The notes under the pieces are model-generated. The model searched no databases, was not told where the DNA came from, and was given only the letters and a program-made list of their open reading frames with translations. DNA of 64,000 bases from Macrostomum lignano (Eukaryota). Position 1 is the stretch's first letter, and each line of letters begins with the position of its first letter. The DNA lies in assembly GCA_002269645.1 (NCBI GenBank), contig NIVC01000157.1, forward strand, positions 434,001 to 498,000, in the 5' to 3' direction. Of the stretch, positions 23,046-34,700 are shown in pieces. The translations under genes were made by a program, and so were the position numbers.

Positions 23046-26000
23046 GCTGTCATGTACATCGGGTGCCAATGCGCCTGCTGGGCCAGCTGTTGATGCTGAA
23101 TGTCGGGGTGATAACCAGACGGCAAGTAGCCAGGAGGCTGATGATAAGCCTGCTGATGCTGATAGTGCAACTCAGACTCGTCCAGCTGATGCAGCGGCTG
23201 ACTCTGGGCCGCATAAACTGCCCCCGGTTGCTGAGCAACCGCTGGAGCTGGCGGAGCCGATGCTGGCTGCTGCTGTTGGCCTGCTGTCACCACCGCTGCT
23301 GCAGCCGCAGCCGCAGCAGCAGCAGCCACCGCGTAACGATCCTGCCGCTTCACCAGCGTCTTAGCCTTGCGCCTCGGCCGGTACTTGTAGTCCGGATGGT
23401 CCTTCATGTGCATCGCGCGCAGACGTTTCGCTTCGTCGATGAATGGCCGCTTCTCGGACTCGGAGAGGCTCTTCCAGTCCGAGCCCAGGCGCTTGCTGAT
23501 CTCCGAGTTGTGCATCTTCGGGTTCTCCTGGGCCATCTTGCGGCGCTGGCCCCGGCTCCACACCATGAAGGCGTTCATCGGGCGTTTGACACGGTCCTCG
23601 AGCTTGGCGGTTGTCGGAACTTGCTGCTGCTGCTGCTGCTGCTGCTGCTGGGGCTGCGGCGGCAGCTGCTGGTGCTGGTATTGCTGCTGTTTTCCCGTTG
23701 TAGCGAACTGGACAAAAAATCAATGGAGAAGATTGGCAATATAAATCATCTCATTTTTATTAGTGCAACAACTTCTCTTGTACAAATTTTTATGAAACCT
23801 CATTGTAGCACCACCATTCGGGCCAATAATGGCAAATGTCAATAAATTACAAAGGTGTCTCAAAAGAAACGTTGGTGCCAGCACCAAGGGGCGCCAGCAC
23901 CAAGGGGCGCCAGCACCAAGGGGCGCCAGCACCAAGGGGCGCCAGCACCAAGGGGCGCCAGCACCAAGGGGCGCCAGCACCAAGGGGCGCCAGCACCAAG
24001 GGGCGCCAGCACCAAGGGGCGCCAGCACCAAGGGGCGCCAGCACCAAGGGGCGCCAGCACCAAGGGGCGCCAGCACCAAGGGGCGCCAGCACCAAGGGGC
24101 GCCAGCACCAAGGGGCGCCAGCACCAAGGGGCGCCAGCACCAAGGGGCGCCAGCACCAAGGGGCGCCAGCACCAAGGGGCGCCAGCACCAAGGGGCGCCA
24201 GCACCAAGGGGCGCCAGCACCAAGGGGCGCCAGCACCAAGGGGCGCCAGCACCAAGGGGCGCCAGCACCAAGGGGCGCCAGCACCAAGGGGCGCCAGCAC
24301 CAAGGGGCGCCAGCACCAAGGGGCGCCAGCACCAAGGGGCGCCAGCACCAAGGGGCGCCAGCACCAAGGGGCGCCAGCACCAAGGGGCGCCAGCACCAAG
24401 GGGCGCCAGCACCAAGGGGCGCCAGCACCAAGGGGCGCCAGCACCAAGGGGCGCCAGCACCAAGGGGCGCCAGCACCAAGGGGCGCCAGCACCAAGGGGC
24501 GCCAGCACCAAGGGGCGCCAGCACCAAGGGGCGCCAGCACCAAGGGGCGCCAGCACCAAGGGGCGCCAGCACCAAGGGGCGCCAGCACCAAGGGGCGCCA
24601 GCACCAAGGGGCGCCAGCACCAAGGGGCGCCAGCACCAAGAGCTACTGGCAAATTAAACAAGTTTGTGGTCAATCTGCTCGTCCGCGACTGTTTGGTACA
24701 TTACTGGAATTTTACTAGCGAGCCCTCTGAACCGAAAATAGGCTCAACTATTTCATTTCTTACCTACCAAACAAGCCTTGAGGGCAAATTTGTCCACATG
24801 CAGCCCCATGGACTCTATATAAGACCCAATTATCATACTCATTGATTCGATTCAACCACCACTGTGAGTAGAGCAGTGAGTAATCGGATTTGGGCTTGCC
24901 CGCCAACGCGCCCAGCTGCGGCATATAGGCTGGTTGCTAGGGCCCCAACACCTGCGCGTGTCACCTGCCTCCTCCCTCCTCCGCTCCCTTATTAGCTATG
25001 GGGATTGTAGCAGTTCGGTCCTCGGGCTTCGCCAGGTAATATTAGGAACTCGAATTTCTAATTCATTCTCCCACTCTCGAACCACTCCAGTGTAACCAGG
25101 GCATCACGTGCAGCACATAGCGACACATAGCGAAGCTTCGATTTGAGGCTTGGCAACACTCCACGCTGTACCCATACTAGTTATGTCACAGTCTTATTTC
25201 AAGCATTATCGATTTGTTCATATATTGTACGTTTTTAACATCCAGTTGTGTATGTATAATAAAGGTAATAGACATCCTCGAACTGTAAAAATATTAACAA
25301 AATCTTAATTAATAACTGTGGTCATTGAATAGAACCCGAACCGAAAAAAATGGAGCAAATAGGTTTGAGAAGTGACAGGGATACCAAGTGAGAGTGACCG
25401 GGATTCCAGGTGGGGAGTGACCGGGATTCAAGGTGAGAGTGAGGTCCGGGATTCCAGGTGAGTGACCGGGATCCCAGGTGAGAGTGAACGGGATTCCAGG
25501 TGGGGAGTGACCGGGATTCCAGGTGGGGAGTGACCGGGATTCCAGGTGAGAGTGACCGGGATTCCAGGTGGGGAGTGACCGGGATTCCAGGTGGGGAGTG
25601 ACCGGGATTCCAGGTGAGAGTGACCGGAATTCCAGGTGGGGAGTGACCGGGATTCAAGGTGAGAGTGAGGTCCGGGATTCCAGGTGAGTGACCGGGATCC
25701 CAGGTGAGAGTGACCGGGATTCCAGGTGAGAGTGACCGGAATTCCAGTTGGGGAGTGACAGGGATTCCAGGTGGGGAGTGACCAGGATTCCAGGTGGGGA
25801 GTGACCGGGATTCCAGGATCCAGGTGCGAGTGACCGGGATTCCAGGTGGGGAGTGACCGGATTTCCAGTTGGGGAGTGACAGGGATTCCAGGTGAGAGTG
25901 ACCGGGATTCCAGGTGGGGAGTGACCGGGATTCCAGGTGAGAGTGACAGGGATTCCAGGTGAGAGTGACCGGGATTCCAGGTGGGGAGTGACCGGGATTC

Positions 26001-27266
26001 CAGGTGAGAGTGACCGGGATTCCAGGTGGGGAGTGACCGGAATTCCAGTTGGGGAGTGACAGGGATTTCAGGTGGGGAGTGACCGGTATTCCAGGTGGGG
26101 AGTGACCGGGATTCCAGGTGAGAGTGATCGGGGTTCCAGGTGAGAGTGACCGGGATTCCAGGTGAGAGTGATCGGGGTTCCAGGTGAGAGTGACCGGGAT
26201 TCCAGGTGGGGAGTGACCGGGATTCCAGGTGAGAGTGATCGGGGTTCCAGGTGAGAGTGACCGGGATTCCAGGTGAGAGTGATCGGGGTTCCAGGTGGGG
26301 AGTGACCGGGATTCCAGGTGAGAGTGACCGGGATTCCAGGTGGGAGTGAGGTCCTGGATTCCAGGTGAGTAATCGGGATTCAAGGTGGGGAGTGACTGGG
26401 ATTCCAGGTGAGTAATCGGGATTCAAGGTGGGGAGTGACTGGGATTCCAGGTGAGTAATCGGGATTCAAGGTGGGGAGTGACTGGGATTCCAGGTGAGTA
26501 ATCGGGATTCAAGGTGGGAGTGACTGGGATTCCAGGTGAGTAATCGGGATTCAAGGTGGGAGTGACTGGGATTCCAGGTGAGTAATCGGGATTCAAGGTG
26601 GGGAGTGACTGGGATTCCAGGTGAGTAATCGGGATTCAAGGTGGGGAGTGACTGGGATTCCAGGTGAGTAATCGGGATTCAAGGTGGGGAGTGACTGGGA
26701 TTCCAGGTGAGTAATCGGGATTCAAGGTGGGGAGTGACTGGGATTCCAGGTGAGTAATCGGGATTCAAGGTGGGGAGTGACTGGGATTCCAGGTGAGTAA
26801 TCGGGATTCAAGGTGGGGAGTGACTGGGATTCCAGGTGAGGGCGACAGGGGTACCAGATGTAGCTCGTACTAGATACAACAAAAGCGCCAGAGATTCCAG
26901 AATTAATAATATTAACACTCAAATAAGCATGCAGGCAGTAAGTTGACAGCTGAGACTCACAGAAGCAGTCTGAGGTGCTCCCATGGCTGCCAACGTCATC
27001 AGAGGCGATAGCTGACAATTGCTGCTGTTGTTGTTGTTGTTGTTCGCGTTCGCGCCGCAGTCGCTGCTCTCGTGGTCGTCGGAGTTATCCTCCATGCTGT
27101 AGCAGTCATGCTGCTGCAGTTGGTGCCCTGCAGCGTACCTTTGAACTGGGTCAGTTCGGTGGACATGGTCACCCACGGTTGACAGGTAATAACTACCTGG
27201 CGAGATATGCAAGCCGTCATTGCGCAGCCTCTGCTCGTGAAGGTCTGTCAGCTCCTTTGTCTCCAT
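22904..27266 (-). CDS. soxB: SoxB-group (probably SoxB1-like) HMG-box transcription factor, 2 exons, about 369 aa
   Basis: Exon 2 (22904-23707) encodes [88 protein letters not shown], a SoxB HMG box plus group-B motif, followed by polyA and polyQ tracts. The acceptor TTTTTGTCCAG| at 23708 is phase 0 and joins the donor TCT|GTGAGT at 26961/26960 of a 102-codon upstream exon starting at ATG 27266. The HMG call is near certain; the exon 1 link is moderately certain. Confidence 0.88.
23876..24640. repeat. Near-perfect 16-bp tandem array GGCGCCAGCACCAAGG in the Sox intron, about 47 copies
   Basis: I saw no variant units. All six frames are open only because the unit has no stop codon. Confidence 0.97.
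25388..26840. repeat. Minisatellite, 23-bp unit GTGACCGGGATTCCAGGTG(G/A)G(G/A)A, switching to an approximately 43-bp dimeric unit after about 26360; in the Sox intron
   Basis: Directly visible tandem units. Confidence 0.95.
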
Positions 27267-27290
27267 AGCTTGGCAAAGGAATTGCGGGTC

Positions 27291-27303
27291 TATTTATATA
27301 TAG
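27291..27303 (-). promoter_or_regulatory. TATA-box-like element upstream of Sox exon 1
   Basis: The minus strand reads CTATATATAAATA, ending 25 nt before the ATG. That would imply a very short leader, so it may not be the true core promoter. Confidence 0.4.
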
Positions 27304-27720
27304 TTGGCTGTGTCTGAGAGCGACACAGCAATTCAAACAACAAAATAAAACTTGGAGGGGTTGTTGGCGCCTCTATAGGAGTTTGTCTGTCTATTCCCAA
27401 GCGCTTGGCTAAACTCTATCTATTATTATTGTCAATTGAATTGAATAGGAGCTGTGGAAAGATTGGGCTTGATTGTTTTTAACACAATTGAGCTCACTCT
27501 CTGAGTGAATTGAATGAAAATGAATTACTGACTCAGTCTGCATGCACCTGCGCTGGAGCTTTTGTTGAGGACTGGGGGTGGGGGCGCCGCTTTGTGTGCG
27601 TGTGTGAAAGCGCTGGAGTAATGAGGGGGTTGGGGGAGGGGGGCTTCGGGCGGTGGGGTGGCGGGTGCGGTCTCAATTGATGTGAGCAATTTGGGGTTTG
27701 ATTGTCAATGGACGCTTGCT

Positions 27721-27742
27721 ATTGGCTGAGCGGCCAGCCAAT
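27721..27742. promoter_or_regulatory. Pair of opposed CCAAT boxes in a GC-rich island upstream of Sox
   Basis: ATTGG at 27721-27725 and CCAAT at 27738-27742, followed by a CpG-rich stretch (GCGCGCG). Confidence 0.35.
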
Positions 27743-27929
27743 GACAGCGCGCGTGGCCGGAGCGCGGGCTCGACGGGACGGGACAGATAGAAAGTCAGTC
27801 AGTCGGACGATTGCCAGATCTTGTCAGAAGATGGAAAAAGCTTGCTGGCTTTGAAATAAGTTGCAGTGGAATTATTTTACTGGCTTCCTAATATAGTCTT
27901 TAAGCCTTGAGTACGTTTTCATTCTAGCA

Positions 27930-28185
27930 CCCCTTTTAGCGCCACTTTTAGCATCCCGTTTAGCGCCACTTTTAGGTGTCACTTCGAGCGTCCCTTTTAG
28001 CATCACTTTTAGTATTCTGTTTAGCGCCCCTATTACCGCCACTTTTGGAGCCACTTTAGCACCAGTTTAGCGCCAATTTTAGCGCCTTTTTAGCGCCCGT
28101 TTTAGCGCCACATTTAGCGCCACTTCTGGCGCCACTTCTAACGCCACTTTTAGCGCCCCCGGTTAGCGTCCCTTTTAGCGCCACA
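27930..28185. repeat. Degenerate 13-bp repeat TTTTAGCGCCACT
   Basis: Recurrent TTTAGCGCC units. Confidence 0.8.
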
Positions 28186-28544
28186 AAATTTCAAACGAGC
28201 CTAAACGCCAAGTCCAAAGAGAAAGAGTTTAAGGATTCAATCTGATTTTTTCTATTTTAAATCCACCTGTAATTACGGGATTATAACTGTCGGGGGTAAA
28301 AATGGTTTCAATCGAGTCCCATATGGCTCAGTACCGAAGCTCTTTTGTCCTGGTTGATTAAGTTGATCCTATAATTGGCAGTCACATTTTCTAGAATAAG
28401 CCTATCTAAGCTCTGAGCCACAGTCTAGAATAGTCTGTTGCTACGCGAAACTTCCTGACAGATAGTGGAACTGAAAAACAATGGGCTCCTAATTATTACT
28501 AAGGTCTACAGATTTCTGACCGTAAAAACTTCGCTGTGATTTCA

Positions 28545-29160
28545 CTGACGCCTGTCTTGTCACTCTCTGCCTTGTCACTCTCTTCCTTGTCACTCCTAAT
28601 CCTTGTCATTTTCTTCCTTGCCACTCTCTTCTTTGTCACTCTCTGCCTTGTCACTCTCTTCTTTGTCACTCTCTGCCTTGTCACTCTCTTCCTTGTCACT
28701 CTCTTCCTTGTCACTCTCTGCCTTGTCACTCTCTTCCTTGTCACTCTCTTCCTTGTCACTCTCTTCCTTGTCACTCTCTTCCTTGTCACTCTCTTCCTTG
28801 TCACTCTCTTCCTTGTCACTCTCTTCCTTGTCACTCTCTTCCTTGTCACTCTCTTCCTTGTCACTCTCTTCCTTGTCACTCTCTACCTTGTCACTCTCTT
28901 CCTTGTCACTCTCTTCCTTGTCACTCTCTTCCTTGTCACTCTCTTCCTTGTCACTCTCTTCCTTGTCACTCTCTTCCTTGTCACTCTCTTCCTTGTCACT
29001 CTCTTCCTTGTCACTCTCTTCCTTGTCACTCTCTTCCTTGTCACTCTCTTTCTTGTCACTCTCTTCCTTGTCACTCTCTTCCTTGTCACTCTCTTCCTTG
29101 TCACTCTCTTCCTTGTCACTCTCTTTCTTGTCACTCTCTTTTGTCACTCTCTTCCTTGTC
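28545..29160. repeat. Minisatellite, 15-bp unit CCTTGTCACTCTCTT
   Basis: Directly visible. Confidence 0.95.
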
Positions 29161-29619
29161 ATTCCACTCTTCTGCTATTCATTTCTCCATTCCACAATGC
29201 AGAGCTCTTAATGTGAATTTTCAAACAAAGCCGGCTTAAAAGTGCCATCAAACCATTAACTTTCAGCTCGCAGTCTCCCTCTCACATCTCCCATCGGAAG
29301 CTGGAAAAGCTTTCCTTCATCTTTGGGCTCCCTCATAACTCAATTTTTGAGCAGGCCAAGGAAGCGGGGCATCAAAGTTGACTTCCGCCCATGCGCTTGA
29401 TAAGAAAAGATGATTTGCGTGATTTTTTTAATTGAGGAAACCATAAAATAAAGCATTCCGATTGTTATCGGTGGCCTTGCCAACCCTTCTGAGGACGGGT
29501 TTTGGTTTTGAGCTTCGTCTGAGGCGGATGACTCAACCTCCAGACTCATTCATGGTGCAGGCAATAATGCCTTGCATCGAAATGCCGAACTCACCAACGA
29601 ATGCACTAATTATCAAGAG

Positions 29620-30080
29620 CGAGGCGATTTTCTGCGTGTCGATTTTCTGAGTGGCGATTTTCTGAGTGGCAATTTTCTGAGTGGCGATTTTTCTGAGTGA
29701 AGATTTTTCTGAGTGGCGATTTTCTGAGTGGTAATTTTTCTGAGTGAAGATTTTTCTGAGTGGCGATTTTCTGAGTGGCGATTTTCTGCGTGTCGATTTT
29801 CTGAGTAGCCATTTTCTGCGTGGCGATTTTCTGAGTAGCGATTTTCTGAGTAGTGATTTCTCTGAGTAGCGATTTTCTGAATCGTGATATTTCTGAGTAG
29901 CGATTTTCTGAGTATAGCGATTTTTCTGAGTGGTGATTTTTTGAGTGGCGATTTTTTTGAGTGGAGATTTTCTAAGTAGCGATTTTTCTGAGTAGCGATT
30001 TTCTGAGTGGTGATTTCTCTCAGTAGCGTTTTTCTATGTTGAACTTTTCTGAGTGAATTTTTTTCTGAGTAGCGATTTTC
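29620..30080. repeat. Minisatellite, 15-16-bp unit GAGT(G/A)GCGATTTTCT
   Basis: Directly visible. Confidence 0.92.
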
Positions 30081-30504
30081 TGGCTGCATCCCAATGCCAT
30101 GACCCCCAACCGCCGAGCATCCAAGCGAGCATTAATATGATGAAGCATGCCACAGCATCCACAGACTCAGTTATGGTATATAAGGGGGTATTTAATCTGC
30201 ATCAAATCGCCTTCACATTGGCAGGAAGGATAATCAGGTAGGAGAGGTAGGAGCCCGCTTTGTTGGACCGTTCGATCATTGCGGATATTATCTTAATAAA
30301 ATTACGGAATTATGACTGCGGGCTGCCCGGATCTGCAGCGGCTGGTGGCGGAGCCATTATTTAGCAGCGAGCCGGCTTATGCGCCACCCACCCCAGTTCC
30401 TGAAAATTGAACTCATGATCAGCAGACTCAGCAGTCCTCCTGTGATCACCGCTGGAGATTGAGGACTCCAGATGTATCGTAGTAACTGACAGAGGCTGGA
30501 AAAG

Positions 30505-30785
30505 AAAAGAATGGAGAGAGAAGGGAGAGAGAAGGGAGAGAGAAGGGAGAGAGAAGGGAGAGAGAAGGGAGAGAGAATGGAGAGAGAATGGAGAGAGAAT
30601 GGAGAGAGAAGGGAGAGAGAAGGCGGAGAGAATGGAGAGAAAATTGAGAGGGAAGGGAGAGAGAAGGGAGAGAGAAGGGAGAGAGAATGGAGAGAGAAGG
30701 GAGAGAGAAGGGAGAGAGAAGGGAGAGAGAAGGGAGAGAGAAGGGGGAGGGAAGGGAGAGAGAAGGGAGAGAGGGGAGAGGGGGA
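30505..30785. repeat. Purine-rich 11-bp repeat GAGAGAAGGGA
   Basis: Directly visible. Confidence 0.92.
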
Positions 30786-31274
30786 AAGAGCCCTCAAATC
30801 CCAAAGCAAGATAAAGCGGTGAACGCAGACTTTCAAGCTATGTTGGTGCCAATTTTTATAATATTTTAAACAACTAAATTGAATAACGTGAAATAATGCT
30901 GGTGTGAAATTTGACCAACTGAATTGCAGTTAACTATACTCTGCAATAAATTTTATAGTTTCATACATATAATAGCTGTACAATTATTGACCAGCAGAGC
31001 TCTGAACCTTTTCCAAAAGGCCAAGCGTAAGACCACCATTGTCTCTCTTAGCTCAGCTCGTTCTGCCATTGTCTGCATGCGAATCCCGTGACAAAAACAG
31101 CTGCCTACCCCCACCCAGTGTCTCAGCAGCTAGGGAAGAGGGAGCCAGGGGGGGGGGGGGGTCGCGGCCTCTCTCAAATAGCCACCAATGAAAGGGGCAG
31201 CTAAACTCAACGATTGACAGAAGCTCAACTACTGCACCCTCTTGGGCGTGGCATCTACCCACCGAAAGACAAGG

Positions 31275-31770
31275 ACGCCCACCGAGAGCCAGGGGGCGCT
31301 CACCGAGAGCCAGGGGGCGCTCACCGAGAGCCAGGGGGCGCCCACCGAGAGCCAGGGGGCGCCCACCGAGAGCCAGGGGGCGCCCACCGAGAGCCAGGGG
31401 GCGCCCACCAAAAGACAGGGGGAACCCACCGAGAGCCAGGGGGCGCTCACCGAGAGCCAGGGGCGCTCACCGAGAGCCAGGGGGCGCTCACCGAGAGCCA
31501 GGGGGCGCTCACCAAAAGACAGGGGGCGCAACCGAGAGCCAGGGGGCGCTCACCAAAAGACAGGGGGCGCCACCGAGAGCCAGGGGGCGCTCACCAAAAG
31601 ACAGGGGGCGCCACCAAGAGCCAGGGGGCGTCACCAAAAGACAGGGACGCCACCAAGAGACAGGGGCGCCACCAAGAGACAGGGGCGCCCACCGAGAGCC
31701 AGGGGGCGCTCACCGAGAGCCAGGGGGCGCTCACCGAGAGCCAGGGGGCGCTCACCAAGAGACAGGGGGC
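31275..31770. repeat. Minisatellite, 21-bp unit CACCGAGAGCCAGGGGGCGC(T/C)
   Basis: Directly visible. Confidence 0.92.
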
Positions 31771-32134
31771 GACCATCAATGGTCAGGGGCGCGGGAGGGG
31801 GTTGAATCCATGGAATTCAACTGAAGCTCATGCCGTTAGCCTTGAGCACCTTCCCACTCTTATTACAAAGATATATTTAGCCATGTGTCCATATCCTCTT
31901 GTTTGTAAAAAAGAGAGAAATGTCTAAATTTGAAATTTGCGCTGACAAGTGCTTTGTGAGTGATTATAAAATTTAATTGCTTTGATTTTCTTAATTAATT
32001 TCATTTGATTTCTTTCCATCTACGGTACTGCTCACACTGCACCGCCCACGATGGCCCACCCTCAAGGCACAGAGTCTGCGTGCTCAGAGTCAGCGGAATG
32101 GGCGTGACTGCTTGCTTTCTTCACTGCCCACAGC

Positions 32135-32750
32135 CCCGGCGACTGTCTGTTCTGTCGCCTCTCACTGTCTCCTCTGTCGCCTCTCACTGTCTCCTCTAAC
32201 GCCTCTCACTGTCTCCTCTGGCGCCTCTCACTGTCTCCTCTGTCGCCTCTCACTGTCTCCTCTGTCGCCACACTCTCTCTAATGACGCAACTCTGGTGCC
32301 ACACAGTCTATAATTGTGCTTCACAGTCTCTAATGCCGCGACACTCTCATTAATGGCGCCACACTCTCATTAATGGCGCCACACTCTTATTAATAGCGCC
32401 AAACTCTCATTAATAGCGCCACACTCTCATTAATAGCGCCACACTCTCATTAATAGCGCCACACTCTCATTAATAGCGCCAAACTCTCATTAATAGCGCC
32501 ACACTCTCATTAATAGCGCCACACTCTCATTAATAGCGCCACACTCTCATTAATAGCGCCACACTCTCATTAATGGCGCCACACTCTCATTAATAGCGTC
32601 ACACTCTCATTAATGGCGCCACACTCTCATTAATAGCGTCACACTCTCATTAATGGCGCCACACTCTCATTAATAGCGCCACACTCTCATTAATAGCGTC
32701 ACACTCTCATTAATGGCGCCACACTCTCATTAATAGCGCCACACGCCCTC
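32135..32750. repeat. Bipartite array: 22-bp CGCCTCTCACTGTCTCCTCTG(T/G), then 20-bp TAAT(A/G)GCGCCACACTCTCAT
   Basis: Two adjacent sub-arrays are visible. Confidence 0.92.
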
Positions 32751-34094
32751 TAATGGTACTCCACAGTCTCTAACAGCACCACACTGCCTCCGATAGCTCA
32801 AAATACCCCTCCTGCTCCCTATAGCCACAGAATTACCCGCTTCAGCGTCATAAAAATGATTACTTCTTTGAGCCCTGGAGCTGCTGTCAGACCCCGCCTG
32901 TGAAGTTGACGGAGGCTTCAGCCAGGCCGTCACTATGAAAGAGGAAATTGCGGGGAAAGAACACGTCACTCGGCTGCTCCACCACTCGACTTGAGCGATT
33001 GAAGATGAGTTCGGCAGGCAGTGAGTCAGTCAGTCAAGCCTTTTGGTCCCTGTCAGCCAGTCTGTCTGTCTGCTCAGCCTCTCTCTCTCCCTCTCTCTCT
33101 CCTTCTCCCCTTGTCTCTTTCCGCACTGTCAGAAATCCGGAAACGCATCGAAGTCTTTTTTTTCCCCCTCTCCCCAGATCTGCGCAACGCAGCTGAGTAA
33201 CGGACTGGGAGAGAGGTTCAGCGCGATAAACAATCCGATTCCCTGAAGGTGCTCAATGTTTGTAAGTACATCAGCGGGCGATATTGTCAAGGTATAGAGA
33301 GGGGAGCAGATGTGCAGACCAGATTTATTGGCAAGTGAGCAGAGTGCTTCTCTTTGTGGAAAGGAAAGAGAGAGGAGAGAGGAGAGAGGGGAGAGAGGGG
33401 AGAGAGGAGAGAAGAGAAATAGAGGAGAGATGAGAGAGGAAAGAGGGAAAGGGAAGAGCTATAGGGGAGAGGAAAAGGGAGAGAAACACAGAGCAGTCAG
33501 AAAACAACGGATATGAAGTGTCCAACAGTTCACATCAAGGAATTCTATTTATTTAATCCCCTCATTCATCGCATTGTTTTTTTAAACAACAATTTGAGAA
33601 CAATCTGAAAACTCAAAAACCGTATCGTACTACTACAGAAAGGCCAACTTAGTAGTATTGCGCCTAAAGGAACATACTAATCTGGACGAATCAATGGCAA
33701 ATAAATGAGGCCAATTTTCCATAATCTCTATAGGGCACCCGGCGAACTTGATCAGAACAGTGATATAACTAGATATAACTAGAGATATAACTAGACTATA
33801 CATAGCATAGGCAGATGTAAGTAAGTGATAGAGGATTCCTTTTTAAGCGCATCGTTCCGATCTGGCACTCGGAACCCGAATCTGATTTGCATCGAATTGC
33901 AGGCGCAGCTCATGCGAACTGGTTATTCAACGATTTTGCATGCACAGATTTTCATCGAATCATCGGCTTCCCAACGGGGCAAGCTGTCGCAATGGTGGCG
34001 GGGCTCAGGGAATGCTCAACAGGGGTCATCCGGGGGCTGCCAGATGGTAAACTCAGTGCTGGCGCCAAACTGCCTCCTGCATCAGCCAACCCTG

Positions 34095-34700
34095 CCACTC
34101 TCACTGTTTCCTCTGGCGCCTCTCACTGTCTCCCCTGGCGCCTCTCACTGTATCCTCTGGCGCCTCTCACTGTCTCCTCTGGCGCCTCTCACTGTCTCCT
34201 CTGGCGCCTCTCACTGTCTCTTCTGGCGCCTCTCACTGTCTCCTCTGGCGCCTCTCACTATCTCCTCTGACGCCTCTCACTGTCTCTTCTGGCGACCCTC
34301 ACTGTCTTTAATGGCGCCTCTCACTGTCTCCTCTGACACCTCTCACTGTCTCCTCTGGCGCCTCTCACTGTATCCTCTGGCGCCTCTCACTGTCTCCTCT
34401 GGCGCCTCTCACTGTCTTTAATGGTGCCTCTCACTGTCTTTTGGTGCCTCTCACTGTCTCTTTTGGCGCCTCTCACTGTCTTTTGGTGCCTCTCACTGTC
34501 TTTTGGTGCCTCTCACTGTCTTTTCTGGCGCCTCTCACTGTCTCCTCTGCATGGGACCCCTCACTGTCTCCTTTGGCGCCTCTCACTGTCTCCTCTCGCG
34601 CCTCTCACTGTCTATAATGCCGCCCCACTCTCACTCTCTGTAATGGCGCCACACAGTCTCTAATGGCGCCACACTCTCCCTAATGGCGCCACAATCTCTC
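34095..34700. repeat. Bipartite array related to 32135-32750: 22-bp GGCGCCTCTCACTGTCTCCTCT expanded, with a short TAATGGCGCCACAC tail
   Basis: Same two unit types in the same order as 32135-32750. Confidence 0.9.

Noticed and set aside
23720-24845. Six overlapping 258-338-aa ORFs on both strands ([11 protein letters not shown]..., [16 protein letters not shown]...), and similar ones at 37138-37952
   Set aside because: They are artefacts of a stop-free 16-bp or 15-bp tandem unit. The first array lies in the Sox intron.
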